Positions 43,880 through 53,054 of a DNA stretch of 64,000 bases are shown in pieces. Each line of letters begins with the position of its first letter. The first letter of the stretch is position 1. Location of the stretch: assembly GCA_963840855.1 (NCBI GenBank), contig CAWJBB010000051.1, positions 40,516 to 104,515 of the forward strand. The letters are read 5' to 3'. The notes beneath the pieces were generated by a model. That model was not told the DNA's origin, made no database searches, and saw only the letters and a list, made by a program, of their open reading frames with translations. A program made the position numbers and the translations under genes. The DNA is from an uncultured delta proteobacterium (GTDB lineage Bacteria > Desulfobacterota > Binatia > UBA9968).

Positions 43880-45415
43880 TTAGAGTGCGGCCAGTTCCTC
43901 CCGCGCCACTTCCCGGTCATCGAAATGAATTTTCTCCGTGCCGAGAATCTGGTAGTCCTCATGTCCTTTGCCGGCGATCAATACCAGATCGCCCGGCCGC
44001 GCCGAGCGGAGCGCGATCCGAATCGCTGCATGGCGGTCCGCTTCCACCCAGTAACCATTCTCCACTTCGGGTTTCGGGTTGCCGATTTTGCTTTTCGGCC
44101 CGGAAATTTTTCTTTTGCCGCTTTTGCCCAGGCCCGCTTCGATCTCGGCGATAATGCTCATAGGCTCTTCACTGCGCGGGTTATCTGAGGTCACGATCGC
44201 GATATCGCTCAGCCGCGCGGCAATCTCGCCCATGACCGGTCGCTTGCCGCGGTCCCGATCGCCACCGCAGCCAAACACCGCGAAGACTCTGCCTTGCGTC
44301 AGCGGCCGCACCGCGGTGAGAACTTTTTCCAGCGCGTCCGGCGTATGGGCATAATCCACCAGCACTGAAACACCCCGTTGGTTTTCGACTTTCTCCAACC
44401 GGCCGGGAACTGTCTTTAGGCGCTCGATGCCGGCGGCGATCGCATCGGACGGCAGCCCCAACGCACAGGCCACGCCTGTCGCGCCCAGAATATTCTGTAG
44501 GTTGGCCGCGCCAATCATTGACGACGCGAACTCAAGGGTGCGTTCCTTGGCGCGGATCTTTCCCCGCAGACCCGCCACGTCGCTTTCGACTTCCAATGGA
44601 TGGACATCCCACTGAGGTCCTTCGCCGTAACTCCAGATATCTATCCGTTTGGCGCGGATCGTTTCGATCAGCTCAGCGCCCCGCGGGTCCGCGCCGTAGA
44701 TCACCGCGCTTCTCTCCGGCTTGGCGCTGCTCGCCAGATGATCCGTGAAAAGCTTGCTCTTGGCGGCGAAATAATCGTCCATGTCCACGTGGTAATCGAG
44801 ATGATCGCGGGAAAGATTCGTAAACAATGCCGCGTCGAACTCCAGGCCGCGCACTCGCTCCTGCGCCAGCGCATGGGAGGAAACTTCCAGCACCACTGCT
44901 TTTGCTCCCCCCTCCAACATCTCCGCCATGAGCATTTCCAGGTCGAGGGATTCCGGCGTGGTATGGTGCGATGGAACCTCATGGCCCTGGTAGCGGTAAT
45001 TGATTGTGCCGATGACCCCCGGCGCCAGGCCCGCCGCCGCGGCGATGGATTCCACTAGATAACTGCAAGTCGTTTTCCCATTCGTCCCGGTAATGCCAAC
45101 GAGCTTCAACCGGCGGCTGGGGGCGCCGAAAAAATGCGCCGACCAACATCCCAATGCGTGGCGCACGTCGCGCACGCGAATCAAGACCGTGCCGTCGGGA
45201 CGCGGTACCGGCTGCGCCACCACCAGCGCCGCGGCGCCGCGGCCGGTGGCTTGCTGCAGAAAATCATGGCCGTCGGTTTTTTCGCCGCGAATGGCAAAGA
45301 AGACATACTCTGCACCCACCTGACGCGAGTCGTAGGCCAATCCCGCCACTTCTCGCTCTATGTCGCCTTCGACTGCTTCGATCTCCCCCAGGGCCAGCAA
45401 CTCTCTAAGACGCAT
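43880..45415 (-). CDS. murE: UDP-MurNAc-dipeptide-meso-DAP ligase
   Basis: GTNGKTT, HTTP, EVSSH, DYAHTPD, GCGGDRD, DNPR (DAP-specific), AGKGHE. Confidence 0.97.
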   Translation of the reverse strand: MRLRELLALGEIEAVEGDIEREVAGLAYDSRQVGAEYVFFAIRGEKTDGHDFLQQATGRGAAALVVAQPVPRPDGTVLIRVRDVRHALGCWSAHFFGAPSRRLKLVGITGTNGKTTCSYLVESIAAAAGLAPGVIGTINYRYQGHEVPSHHTTPESLDLEMLMAEMLEGGAKAVVLEVSSHALAQERVRGLEFDAALFTNLSRDHLDYHVDMDDYFAAKSKLFTDHLASSAKPERSAVIYGADPRGAELIETIRAKRIDIWSYGEGPQWDVHPLEVESDVAGLRGKIRAKERTLEFASSMIGAANLQNILGATGVACALGLPSDAIAAGIERLKTVPGRLEKVENQRGVSVLVDYAHTPDALEKVLTAVRPLTQGRVFAVFGCGGDRDRGKRPVMGEIAARLSDIAIVTSDNPRSEEPMSIIAEIEAGLGKSGKRKISGPKSKIGNPKPEVENGYWVEADRHAAIRIALRSARPGDLVLIAGKGHEDYQILGTEKIHFDDREVAREELAAL

Positions 45416-45421
45416 CGTCTC

Positions 45422-47374
45422 TCACCCTTGCAGATTGAGAACCAATTCCCGGCTGTCGTTCCAAACCGCCCCCGGAAGCGGCTGCTGTTTGATCACATGA
45501 CCATGCCCATGCATTTTGACGCTGACCTTGATGGCGCGCGCTTTTTCCACGGCCTCGCGCAGACTAAGTCCGAGGAAGTCCGGCGCTCCGTTCTGAGGGC
45601 CGCCGCCGTCCGGAGTCGCTTCTTTCGTTAGTGCCCGCCGTAGCCGTAGCTCCGCGGGGCCGGCCGTTGCCGGCATGGGGTCGGTCTTGCCTGACGCCAC
45701 TGCCAGATGGCGCAGCGCGCCGCGGGCAATGTTGCCAAACGCAGGCGCGGCGACAACGCCGCCATAGACGCTCGCCTCCGGCTCGTCCACCACTACCATC
45801 ACCACCAAACACGGCTCGTCCGCCGGCACGAACCCGACGAAAGACGCCACGCGCTTTTTGGAGTAACCGCCATGAACCAGGTCGGCCTTCTGCGAGGTGC
45901 CGGTCTTGCCCGCGACGTCAAAGCCTTCCAGGCTCGCCATCTTACCGGTGCCGCCGTCACTGGTAACTTCCTTGAGCATCGAGGCCAATGCGCGCGCGGC
46001 TTTTTCCGAGATGACGCGGCGCACGACACGGGGTTGGTTCTCTAACAACACTTCGCCTTTAGGGCCGGTGACCCGTTGCACCACGTAGGGCCGCATAAGA
46101 AAGCCGCCGTTGGCCACCGCCGCGTAGGCCATCGCCATTTGCAGCGGCGTTACCGATATTCCCTGCCCGAAAGCATGGGTCGCAAGGTCGATGGCCGCCC
46201 AGGATTGATGGTTGCGTAAAATCCCCGCGACTTCGCCGGGCATATCGACGCCGGTCACTTTGCCAAAGCCGAATTTTTCGATGTAGCCGAAGTAACGTTC
46301 TTTCTTGAGCTTCTCCGCAACCTTGGTAAAACAAATATTGCTCGACACCTGGAGAATCTTGGAAAAAGGCAACCAACCGTGGGGATGGGTATCATGGATA
46401 GTCCTGCCGGCGTAGGCATACCTGCCCATCTCGCAATAAAATAAGTCCTCTTTGCCGACCACCCCTTCTTCTAGAACCGCCGCCGCGAGAATGGTCTTGA
46501 ACGTCGAGCCAGGTTCGTAACTGTCCGCTATCGCCCGGTTGCGCGCGCGCTCCTTGCCCTGTTTGGCAAACATGTTGGGATCGAACGATGGATAGTTGGC
46601 CAGCGCCAACAGCTCGCCGGTGAAGGGCTCGACCACGATCGCAACACCCGCCTTGGCGCGGTTTTTAACGATAGCCGCTTCCAGCTCTTTTTCAGCCAGA
46701 TGTTGAATCGCGCTGTGCAAAGTGAGGTGAAGATCCGCGCCGGGAGGAATGCGAAATTCTTCGACCCCTTGGACCAGGACGCTGCGTCTCTTGGCATCGA
46801 ACTCGATCAACGACGAACCCGCCTCGCCGCGGATATAGTCGTTATACTGGAGTTCCAATCCTTCCAGCCCTTCGGAATCCCGGTTGACAAATCCGAGCAC
46901 CTGGCCGGCGATTTGCCCCTGCGGATAAAAGCGATTCGGCTCAAAGGACATCTCCACGCCTTTGGCATTGAATTTCTGGATTTGCTCCGCTTCCTGCGGT
47001 GTAATCTGGCGTTTGATCCAGACAAAGGATTTGTCTGAGTCGAGGCTTTTTCGCACGTCGTTTGGTTTCAAACGCAAAATTTCCGCGAGTTCATTAGCCA
47101 CGCTGGTCTTATCTTTGACCCTGCGTGGATGCGCGCCCACGGACTGCGCCACGAGACTGACCGCCAGCGAGTCGCCGGAACGGTCCAATACAGCGCCGCG
47201 CTTCGGCAGCGAGGTCATCATTTTCAGCTGCTGCGCCTCGCCGAGACGGCGCAGTTCTTGCCCGCGCACCACCTGCAACTGGAACGCGCGGCCGCCCACA
47301 ACCACGAAAAAAAGCAGGAACACTATCTTCGCCATGCCCAGGCGAAATTTTATTTCTTTAAACGAGCGCCTCAT
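45422..47374 (-). CDS. ftsI: Penicillin-binding protein 3 with C-terminal PASTA domain
   Basis: EPGSTFK, SSN, KTGT; position in dcw. Confidence 0.95.
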   Translation of the reverse strand: MRRSFKEIKFRLGMAKIVFLLFFVVVGGRAFQLQVVRGQELRRLGEAQQLKMMTSLPKRGAVLDRSGDSLAVSLVAQSVGAHPRRVKDKTSVANELAEILRLKPNDVRKSLDSDKSFVWIKRQITPQEAEQIQKFNAKGVEMSFEPNRFYPQGQIAGQVLGFVNRDSEGLEGLELQYNDYIRGEAGSSLIEFDAKRRSVLVQGVEEFRIPPGADLHLTLHSAIQHLAEKELEAAIVKNRAKAGVAIVVEPFTGELLALANYPSFDPNMFAKQGKERARNRAIADSYEPGSTFKTILAAAVLEEGVVGKEDLFYCEMGRYAYAGRTIHDTHPHGWLPFSKILQVSSNICFTKVAEKLKKERYFGYIEKFGFGKVTGVDMPGEVAGILRNHQSWAAIDLATHAFGQGISVTPLQMAMAYAAVANGGFLMRPYVVQRVTGPKGEVLLENQPRVVRRVISEKAARALASMLKEVTSDGGTGKMASLEGFDVAGKTGTSQKADLVHGGYSKKRVASFVGFVPADEPCLVVMVVVDEPEASVYGGVVAAPAFGNIARGALRHLAVASGKTDPMPATAGPAELRLRRALTKEATPDGGGPQNGAPDFLGLSLREAVEKARAIKVSVKMHGHGHVIKQQPLPGAVWNDSRELVLNLQG

Positions 47375-47718
47375 GGCAGCACGATCACCTGCCCCTTTTC
47401 CGGCGGGCGCAAACCCAAGCGCTGGCGTGCCATCGCTTCCAACCGTTCGGGAGATGTCAACGTCGCATGCTCCACCCTGAGTTCACGCTGCTCCTGCTCC
47501 AGCCGCTCGTGCAGCTTGGTGGTTGCCGACAGCACATAGCCGTGATTGACCACCTGCAAACGCAGCCACACATTCAGCAATACCACCAATGCAAAGCAAA
47601 ACAGAACGACGCCGTAGCGCAGCACGCGCCGTCTAAGTTCGATCCGCGCGGCGCGGTCGGACCGCGCGTTTTTAACGGTGCTGACCCGGGCGACTTGGCT
47701 GCGTTGGGCGATGGCCAT
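47371..47718 (-). CDS. ftsL: Cell division protein FtsL
   Basis: TM plus leucine-zipper, ERLEAMARQRLGL; between rsmH and ftsI. Confidence 0.88.
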   Translation of the reverse strand: MAIAQRSQVARVSTVKNARSDRAARIELRRRVLRYGVVLFCFALVVLLNVWLRLQVVNHGYVLSATTKLHERLEQEQRELRVEHATLTSPERLEAMARQRLGLRPPEKGQVIVLP

Positions 47719-47822
47719 GATGACAATTTAATTCAAATGTCAGTGCGCCATTTATGCATCGTCAATTTGCCGCGCTCTCACGACATTTTGGATTTTGCAA
47801 TGTGCGTTTCCTCAGCCACTTT

Positions 47823-48743
47823 CTAGACTCGCTCCACGACGCGAAGCTTTGCGGAGCGAGCCCGGGGATTGCTTCGGCATTCCGCCGCCGAAGGCGTTAC
47901 CGGCCTCGTCGTCAACAGTTTCGCCTTACGGCTCCAGCCGCAGGTGCACGCCGGTGCGCGCGGCGGGCAGAGACAGTTGCGGCTCCACTTGCGAAAAGCC
48001 GACTTCACCAACCGGTCCTCCAGCGAGTGAAAAGAAATGACAGCCAGGCGGCCGCCGGGCGCCAAAAGCTCATAGCCATTTTCCAAAAAACTCGCCAAGT
48101 GATCGAGCTCCTGATTCACCGCGATCCTGAGCGCCTGAAAACTTTGTGTCGCGGGGTGGCGGTTACCGGCGCGGCCGCCTTTGGCCCGCGCGATCAATGC
48201 CGCAAGTCCGCCGGTGGTCTCAATGGGCCGCGCGGCGACAATCGCCGAGGCGATGCGCCGCGCTCGCGGCTCCTCACCATAGATTTTGAGAATGCGTTCC
48301 AGTTCCGCCCCGGAGTAGCGGTTGACGATCTCATAGGCATCCAGTCGTTGGCGGCGGTCCATGCGCATATCGAGTCGCGCCGACGAGCGAAAACTAAAAC
48401 CACGCTCTGGCGTATCGAGATGGTGCGATGAGAGGCCAAGGTCTAAAATCACTCCGTCTACCGATTGCCAATGCAGCTCCGTTAAGATTTCCCCCGCCGC
48501 CGCGAAGCTCGCCTGACGCGCTGCGAGCCGCGCGCCAAAATGACTCAGATGAAGCTGCGCCGCCGCCAGCGCTTCATCGTCCCTATCCAATCCCAAGACC
48601 AGCCCATCTGGGCTGCTTTCAATCAGAAGTCGCTCTGTATGGCCGCCTCCACCCAAGGTGCCGTCGAGATAGCGTTTGCCCGGTTCGGGTTTGAGAAACT
48701 CGATGACCTCGCGGGCCAGCACCGAAACATGCGCGAACGCCAT
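47823..48743 (-). CDS. rsmH: 16S rRNA m4C1402 methyltransferase
   Basis: HVSVL, DGTLGGGGH, DLGLSS, LDMRMD, SFHSLEDR, NPRARSAKLR. Confidence 0.97.
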   Translation of the reverse strand: MAFAHVSVLAREVIEFLKPEPGKRYLDGTLGGGGHTERLLIESSPDGLVLGLDRDDEALAAAQLHLSHFGARLAARQASFAAAGEILTELHWQSVDGVILDLGLSSHHLDTPERGFSFRSSARLDMRMDRRQRLDAYEIVNRYSGAELERILKIYGEEPRARRIASAIVAARPIETTGGLAALIARAKGGRAGNRHPATQSFQALRIAVNQELDHLASFLENGYELLAPGGRLAVISFHSLEDRLVKSAFRKWSRNCLCPPRAPACTCGWSRKAKLLTTRPVTPSAAECRSNPRARSAKLRVVERV

Positions 48744-49106
48744 TTAGTGACTGGTTCCATCCCCCTCCCAGTCGTCGTCAAAGCTTTCGATGGCGTCCTC
48801 GAGGGAGGTGTATTCTTCAAAGACCCGGTCCATCCCCACCACCTTGAAAATATCGCGGAGAAAGGGGCTCATGCCGGCAAGCTTGAGATCACCATTGAGA
48901 TGTCTCAAAAGCTTGAGCCGCTCGATCAGCACGCCGATGCTGAGATAGTTGATGTGGTCCACCGACTTGAGATTGATGACGACCTTGATGCGCTCCTTTT
49001 CGATCAATGATCCGATGGTGTCCTTGATGCGTATCATCTCACGAAAGTCGATATCGCCGGTGACATCGATCACCGAAATATCTTGGATCGGTTTGCGGGG
49101 GAACAT
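48744..49106 (-). CDS. STAS-domain (anti-sigma-factor antagonist-like) protein
   Basis: VIDVTGDID, KVVINLKSVDHINYLSIGVLI, GDLKL, IFKVVGM; RBS AAGGAG before ATG 49106. Confidence 0.88.
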   Translation of the reverse strand: MFPRKPIQDISVIDVTGDIDFREMIRIKDTIGSLIEKERIKVVINLKSVDHINYLSIGVLIERLKLLRHLNGDLKLAGMSPFLRDIFKVVGMDRVFEEYTSLEDAIESFDDDWEGDGTSH

Positions 49107-49157
49107 TCCTCGCTCTCCTTTCATCGAGGGGAAACTTTCTTGTGCCACTCGATCTCC

Positions 49158-49610
49158 TCACAAGCCCAGGTTGCCGAAGGACTCGGGATTCTGCGTAAAC
49201 TTCTCCTCCGCGTCGGCAAAAACCTTATTCCAGGTTTCCTGGTCCCAGACGCGAAACTTTTCCACCGCCGAGACCAAAACCACATCGCGTTGCAGATTGG
49301 CGTATTTTCTGAGCGTCGGTGGAATCAAAATGCGCCATTGGTTATCTAAGCTGCATTCTTGGGCGCGACCGAGATAGTAATTCTCAAAGTCATTGACCTC
49401 TAAACCAAACCGCTGCTTGCCGCGCACTTTTTCTTCCAGGCGCTGCCACTCGTCCAACGGATATACGTCGAGACAGCGCGCGCCGCTCGTGATGAAATTC
49501 GTGATCATGATCCGGTTATCATTTTTTCCGGAGAGCACATCGCGAAACTTCGATGGCAGGCTCAAACGCCCCTTGGCATCAAGTGTATGTTCAAAACTAC
49601 CGCGAAACAT
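49158..49610 (-). CDS. mraZ: Transcriptional regulator MraZ
   Basis: MFRGSFEHTLDAKGRL, second DxxxRI repeat, first gene of dcw. Confidence 0.95.
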   Translation of the reverse strand: MFRGSFEHTLDAKGRLSLPSKFRDVLSGKNDNRIMITNFITSGARCLDVYPLDEWQRLEEKVRGKQRFGLEVNDFENYYLGRAQECSLDNQWRILIPPTLRKYANLQRDVVLVSAVEKFRVWDQETWNKVFADAEEKFTQNPESFGNLGL

Positions 49611-49650
49611 CGGCTACTGCGCTCAAATAAAAAATTTTAGGGCTTAACAA

Positions 49651-49704
49651 CCACATAATTCCACATGAGGCCACAGTTATAACTTCTCGCATCTCCTCTG
49701 TCAA
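49651..49704 (-). promoter_or_regulatory. dcw promoter with MraZ operator
   Basis: Minus-strand TTGACA (49704-49699)-N17-TATAAC (49681-49676), followed by three TGTGG boxes at exact 10-bp spacing (CCACA at 49651, 49661, 49671). Confidence 0.85.
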
Positions 49705-49947
49705 CATAAATTTATAGAATTAAAAGATTTTTTTTGATTTCGCCGTCAATTTTTTGACGCCCTTTACTGACCGGTTTCATGCCCAATTGGCGGTAAATTC
49801 GGGAACCCTTTACTCTAGAGGGCATGAAAAGGGACGGGTGGGATATTAGCCCTGAAAATCACCGGCTAGATCTGGTGCTGCCAAGGGTCAGTAGCCCCGG
49901 CAACGATTTCAGCTGTTTTCTTAACGAGCGATGGCGATCTGGTGCAG

Positions 49948-50312
49948 GCTAAAGTGGATCGATAAGCCGGATTCTGTCATGGCTCGCAAAAGGAGCCACA
50001 GCGATCATTCATCTTGCCGCGCGATTGCTTGCGCGGTCGAGCGACCTTACCCGAGGGCTATGGGCGGACCGCCCGACCCTCCTATTCGGTCTTGCTCCGG
50101 GTAGGGTTTGCCATGCGTCCACCATCACTGGTGGACCGGTGAGCTCTTACCTCGCCTTTTCAACCTTACCCGCCGCCGAAACGACAGGCGGTATGTTTTC
50201 TGTGGTACTTTCCCCCGATCTCTCGGGGCCGCCGTTAGCGGCTACCCTGTCCTATGGAGTCCGGACTTTCCTCCCCTCGTTTAAGAAGGGCGATCGCTTG
50301 ATCCACTTTAGC
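49948..50312 (-). ncRNA. rnpB: RNase P RNA (type A)
   Basis: GAGGAAAGTCCGGACTCC and ACAGAATCCGGCTTAT conserved regions; P1 GCTAAAGTGGATC/GATCCACTTTAGC. Confidence 0.97.
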
Positions 50313-50427
50313 CCGCGCGACGTTGTTTGAGGGCGTCGTCGATGCCGCGGTTGGCAAGCTTGTCGGCTAATTTGTTCGCCTCCCGCCGCACGTGAACAAT
50401 AGTACAGCTGTCAAAGTGGCGCAACTT
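50308..50427 (-). pseudogene. rnhA: C-terminal remnant of ribonuclease HI
   Basis: KLRHFDSCTIVHVRREANKLADKLANRGIDD*; N-terminal catalytic part absent; usual position between the zinc-ribbon gene and rnpB. Confidence 0.8.
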
Positions 50428-50461
50428 TTACGCGGCGGCGGCGCTGGACGCGAAACGAGGC

Positions 50462-51190
50462 CTAAGCCGACTTTACCGCTTCTTCCGCGGGTTTGTAGTG
50501 GAGAATGCGCTGACAACTGGGACAGAGGTGAACCTTCTCGCTCCTGATAATCTCGTTCCACAACTGCGGCGGGACATTCATGTAACAGCCCTGGCAAATA
50601 CCGCCGGTAACCTGCACCACCGCGGTGCCGCCGCGCCGCGAAAAAATCAGCTCATAGCGAGAAATCAAATCGCCCGCAACTTGCGCAGCAATGGTTTGCC
50701 GGCGCGTCGCCGCCTCCGACACGGCTTGGTCAATGCCGGTGATTTGCGATCGTAACTCCTCCTGCTCCTGATCCCACTCCGCCTGCAATTTCGCCAGCTC
50801 TTCTTCTTTGCCCTTGATCTCGGAACTGGCACGGTCGGTTTCTTCCATCAGTTTGATCAGCTCTTCCTCGCGCTCGCTGTTGCCTTGCTTGATAAGATCG
50901 ATTTCCCGTTGCAGCGCCATAAGCTCCTTCGAATTCTTGATCCGATTCATGCGCATTCGCCGGTCCGTCGCCTTTTTGCCTTCGTCCTGAAAAACGCGAT
51001 CTTTTTCCTGGCGCAGCTTTTCGGTTTCGGCCAACACCAATGACAGTTTTACAATTTCCCGTTTCTTAATTTGAATTTCCTGCTCCTTGGCTTGAAGTTC
51101 GCCCAGCAAATCTTGCTTCTTGCCATGATGTTGTTTGATCTCGCGATCCACAGTTTGCAACGACGCGAGGATTTCAATTTGCGCGCTCAA
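50462..51190 (-). CDS. Coiled-coil C4 zinc-ribbon protein (DUF164/CT398 family)
   Basis: Long coiled coil, CQGC...CPSCQRIL; RBS GGAGGAG, TTG start. Confidence 0.9.
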   Translation of the reverse strand: MSAQIEILASLQTVDREIKQHHGKKQDLLGELQAKEQEIQIKKREIVKLSLVLAETEKLRQEKDRVFQDEGKKATDRRMRMNRIKNSKELMALQREIDLIKQGNSEREEELIKLMEETDRASSEIKGKEEELAKLQAEWDQEQEELRSQITGIDQAVSEAATRRQTIAAQVAGDLISRYELIFSRRGGTAVVQVTGGICQGCYMNVPPQLWNEIIRSEKVHLCPSCQRILHYKPAEEAVKSA

Positions 51191-51203
51191 CGTTTTCTCC
51201 TCC

Positions 51204-51347
51204 CTGGCAGGTTATTGAAAAACTCTGTTTGCAGGCTGCTCAAAGATATTCCAGCGGCGCGGTGCACTTCATAAGGTTGCGAGTTAACTCCAGCCCCGAG
51301 ACTCTAGATAGCAACACCCATAGGACTCTTTCTAATCAGCCTGCTAG
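51204..51347. repeat. Possible decayed MITE/REP-like element
   Basis: Ends CTGGCAGGTTATTGAAAAA and TTTCTAATCAGCCTGCTAG are imperfectly inverted; internal copy GCAGGCTGCTCAAA. Confidence 0.4.
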
Positions 51348-51348
51348 G

Positions 51349-51380
51349 CAAAAAAAAATGCACCCCGTCGGGTGCATTTT
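51349..51380 (-). terminator. Intrinsic terminator
   Basis: AAAATGCACCC-CGTC-GGGTGCATTTT stem with T run on the minus strand. Confidence 0.8.
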
Positions 51381-51535
51381 CGCGTCGTTCGTCTTCAAAA
51401 CTGAATTTCGTTTAGAACCAAGCCTTGTCACACCACCAAAACTCCCAAGACTCTCTTTCTATCTCGATTCGGCGTCGATGTCAAAGCCGCCCGAGCCTCC
51501 GGAAGGCCGCGGCCATTGATCCGCGCCGCGCACTT

Positions 51536-52918
51536 TTACAGCCCCATTTTTCCCGGATTCATGATGTTGTTCGGGTCGAGAGTTTTCTTGATCTGACGCA
51601 GAACCTCGAGACCGTAGCCATGTTCTGCCACCATGAGCGGCGCCAACTTCACGCCCACGCCGTGGGTATATTCCATCGAACCACCCATGTGCTGGACAAG
51701 ACGAAGCAGTTCTTCCACGGTTTCTTCCAAGACCAGCTGGGCATCGCCGCCGCCTTCATCTTCAATCATCAGCGGCATTGAAAAAAGTTCCGGTTGAATC
51801 CATAAGCCGCTCTCGTGCAAGCGCACGCCGCGCCGCTCGACAATTTCGATGGCCGCCTTTCGGAACGGCAAAACTTTCGATCCCGGCAGGGCCACGTGAA
51901 TCCAATCCCGATAAACGCCGTCTCTGCTGCGCTCACGGCGTTCGCGCCGATTGCTCAGAAAACGTCTGGCAACGGAATGGCGCTCGTGCCAAAAACGCTC
52001 GGCCTCTTGTTGGGGCAAAGCCGTAGCGCCGTGCAATCCACAGATCGACAGCGCCCGCGCTTCTTCGGCCGCCGCGCTTTCTTTCATGCCTTCAAATCCC
52101 AGGTACAACATGGCGCTGCCGTCAAATTTATCGTCGGCATCGCCGAAGTCGAGCAATGCGGGCCGCAAACTCTGGTGAAACAGCTCTTGTATCGCGTGAT
52201 AGCCCGCCTCGAAAGACTCGAAAAGCAGCGCATGCAGCAGACGCACTTCGGGCTGCGGAAAAATTCTGATAGTCGCCTCCGTGATGATTCCGAAACAACC
52301 CTCACCGCCGATAAAAAGCGCGTTCAAATCAATTCCCGCCGACGATTTCTCCACGGCTCTCGTGCGGAGAATCTCGCCATTGGGTAACACCGCCTCCAAT
52401 CCCAACACCTGATCCCCCATCGAACCGTACACGCCTGCGCGATAGCCGACACTGTTGGTGGAAATCGCACCGCCGACGGTGGCTACCGGGACGGTCCAGG
52501 GATCGTGACCCAGAATATAACCCGCTTCATTCAAGCGCTGGTCCAGCGCTTCCAGAACCACTCCCGACTGCGCCTGCGCCGAACGAGCCTCTATGTCAAT
52601 TTCGATGATGCGGTTCATCGCGCGCAAATCGACGACGACGCATGGGCGAATCGACAAAGCGCCACCCATGAGACCAGACCCGCCGCCGTAGGGCATCAGC
52701 GGAATTTTTTCCGCGTTGGCAACGGCCACGACGCGGCGCACTTCTTCGCTTGACGCCGGCGCCACCGCGCAGAGCGGCGCGGCCAATCGAGGCTGGTGTT
52801 CGGGATGCAAACGCCCCGCGCTCAGCGCATCCCATGAGAGATCGTCCAATTTTTGCGGGTCGGTGTATACCCGAGAAGGGCCGATCAATTCCGCAAGTTT
52901 TTCGACGATGTTACTCAT
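51536..52918 (-). CDS. FAD-binding oxidoreductase (GlcD/alkyl-DHAP synthase family)
   Basis: YGGGSGLMGG, LGHDP, ATVGG, GGEGCFGII, HGVG, DPNNIMNPGK. Confidence 0.9.
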   Translation of the reverse strand: MSNIVEKLAELIGPSRVYTDPQKLDDLSWDALSAGRLHPEHQPRLAAPLCAVAPASSEEVRRVVAVANAEKIPLMPYGGGSGLMGGALSIRPCVVVDLRAMNRIIEIDIEARSAQAQSGVVLEALDQRLNEAGYILGHDPWTVPVATVGGAISTNSVGYRAGVYGSMGDQVLGLEAVLPNGEILRTRAVEKSSAGIDLNALFIGGEGCFGIITEATIRIFPQPEVRLLHALLFESFEAGYHAIQELFHQSLRPALLDFGDADDKFDGSAMLYLGFEGMKESAAAEEARALSICGLHGATALPQQEAERFWHERHSVARRFLSNRRERRERSRDGVYRDWIHVALPGSKVLPFRKAAIEIVERRGVRLHESGLWIQPELFSMPLMIEDEGGGDAQLVLEETVEELLRLVQHMGGSMEYTHGVGVKLAPLMVAEHGYGLEVLRQIKKTLDPNNIMNPGKMGL

Positions 52919-53054
52919 AGAGAGATGCGCTCAGTAATTGACGATTCAAGTGACAAAAACTATAGCGCAATCGCTGCTTACGAGGAAGCGGACAACGGCG
53001 AGGCGAAATGACGTTGAGAGTTGGGTTGCTGAGCCGAGGCGGTGCGGACTCGAA

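Noticed and set aside
50025-50330. 101-aa ORF
   Set aside because: Antisense to RNase P RNA
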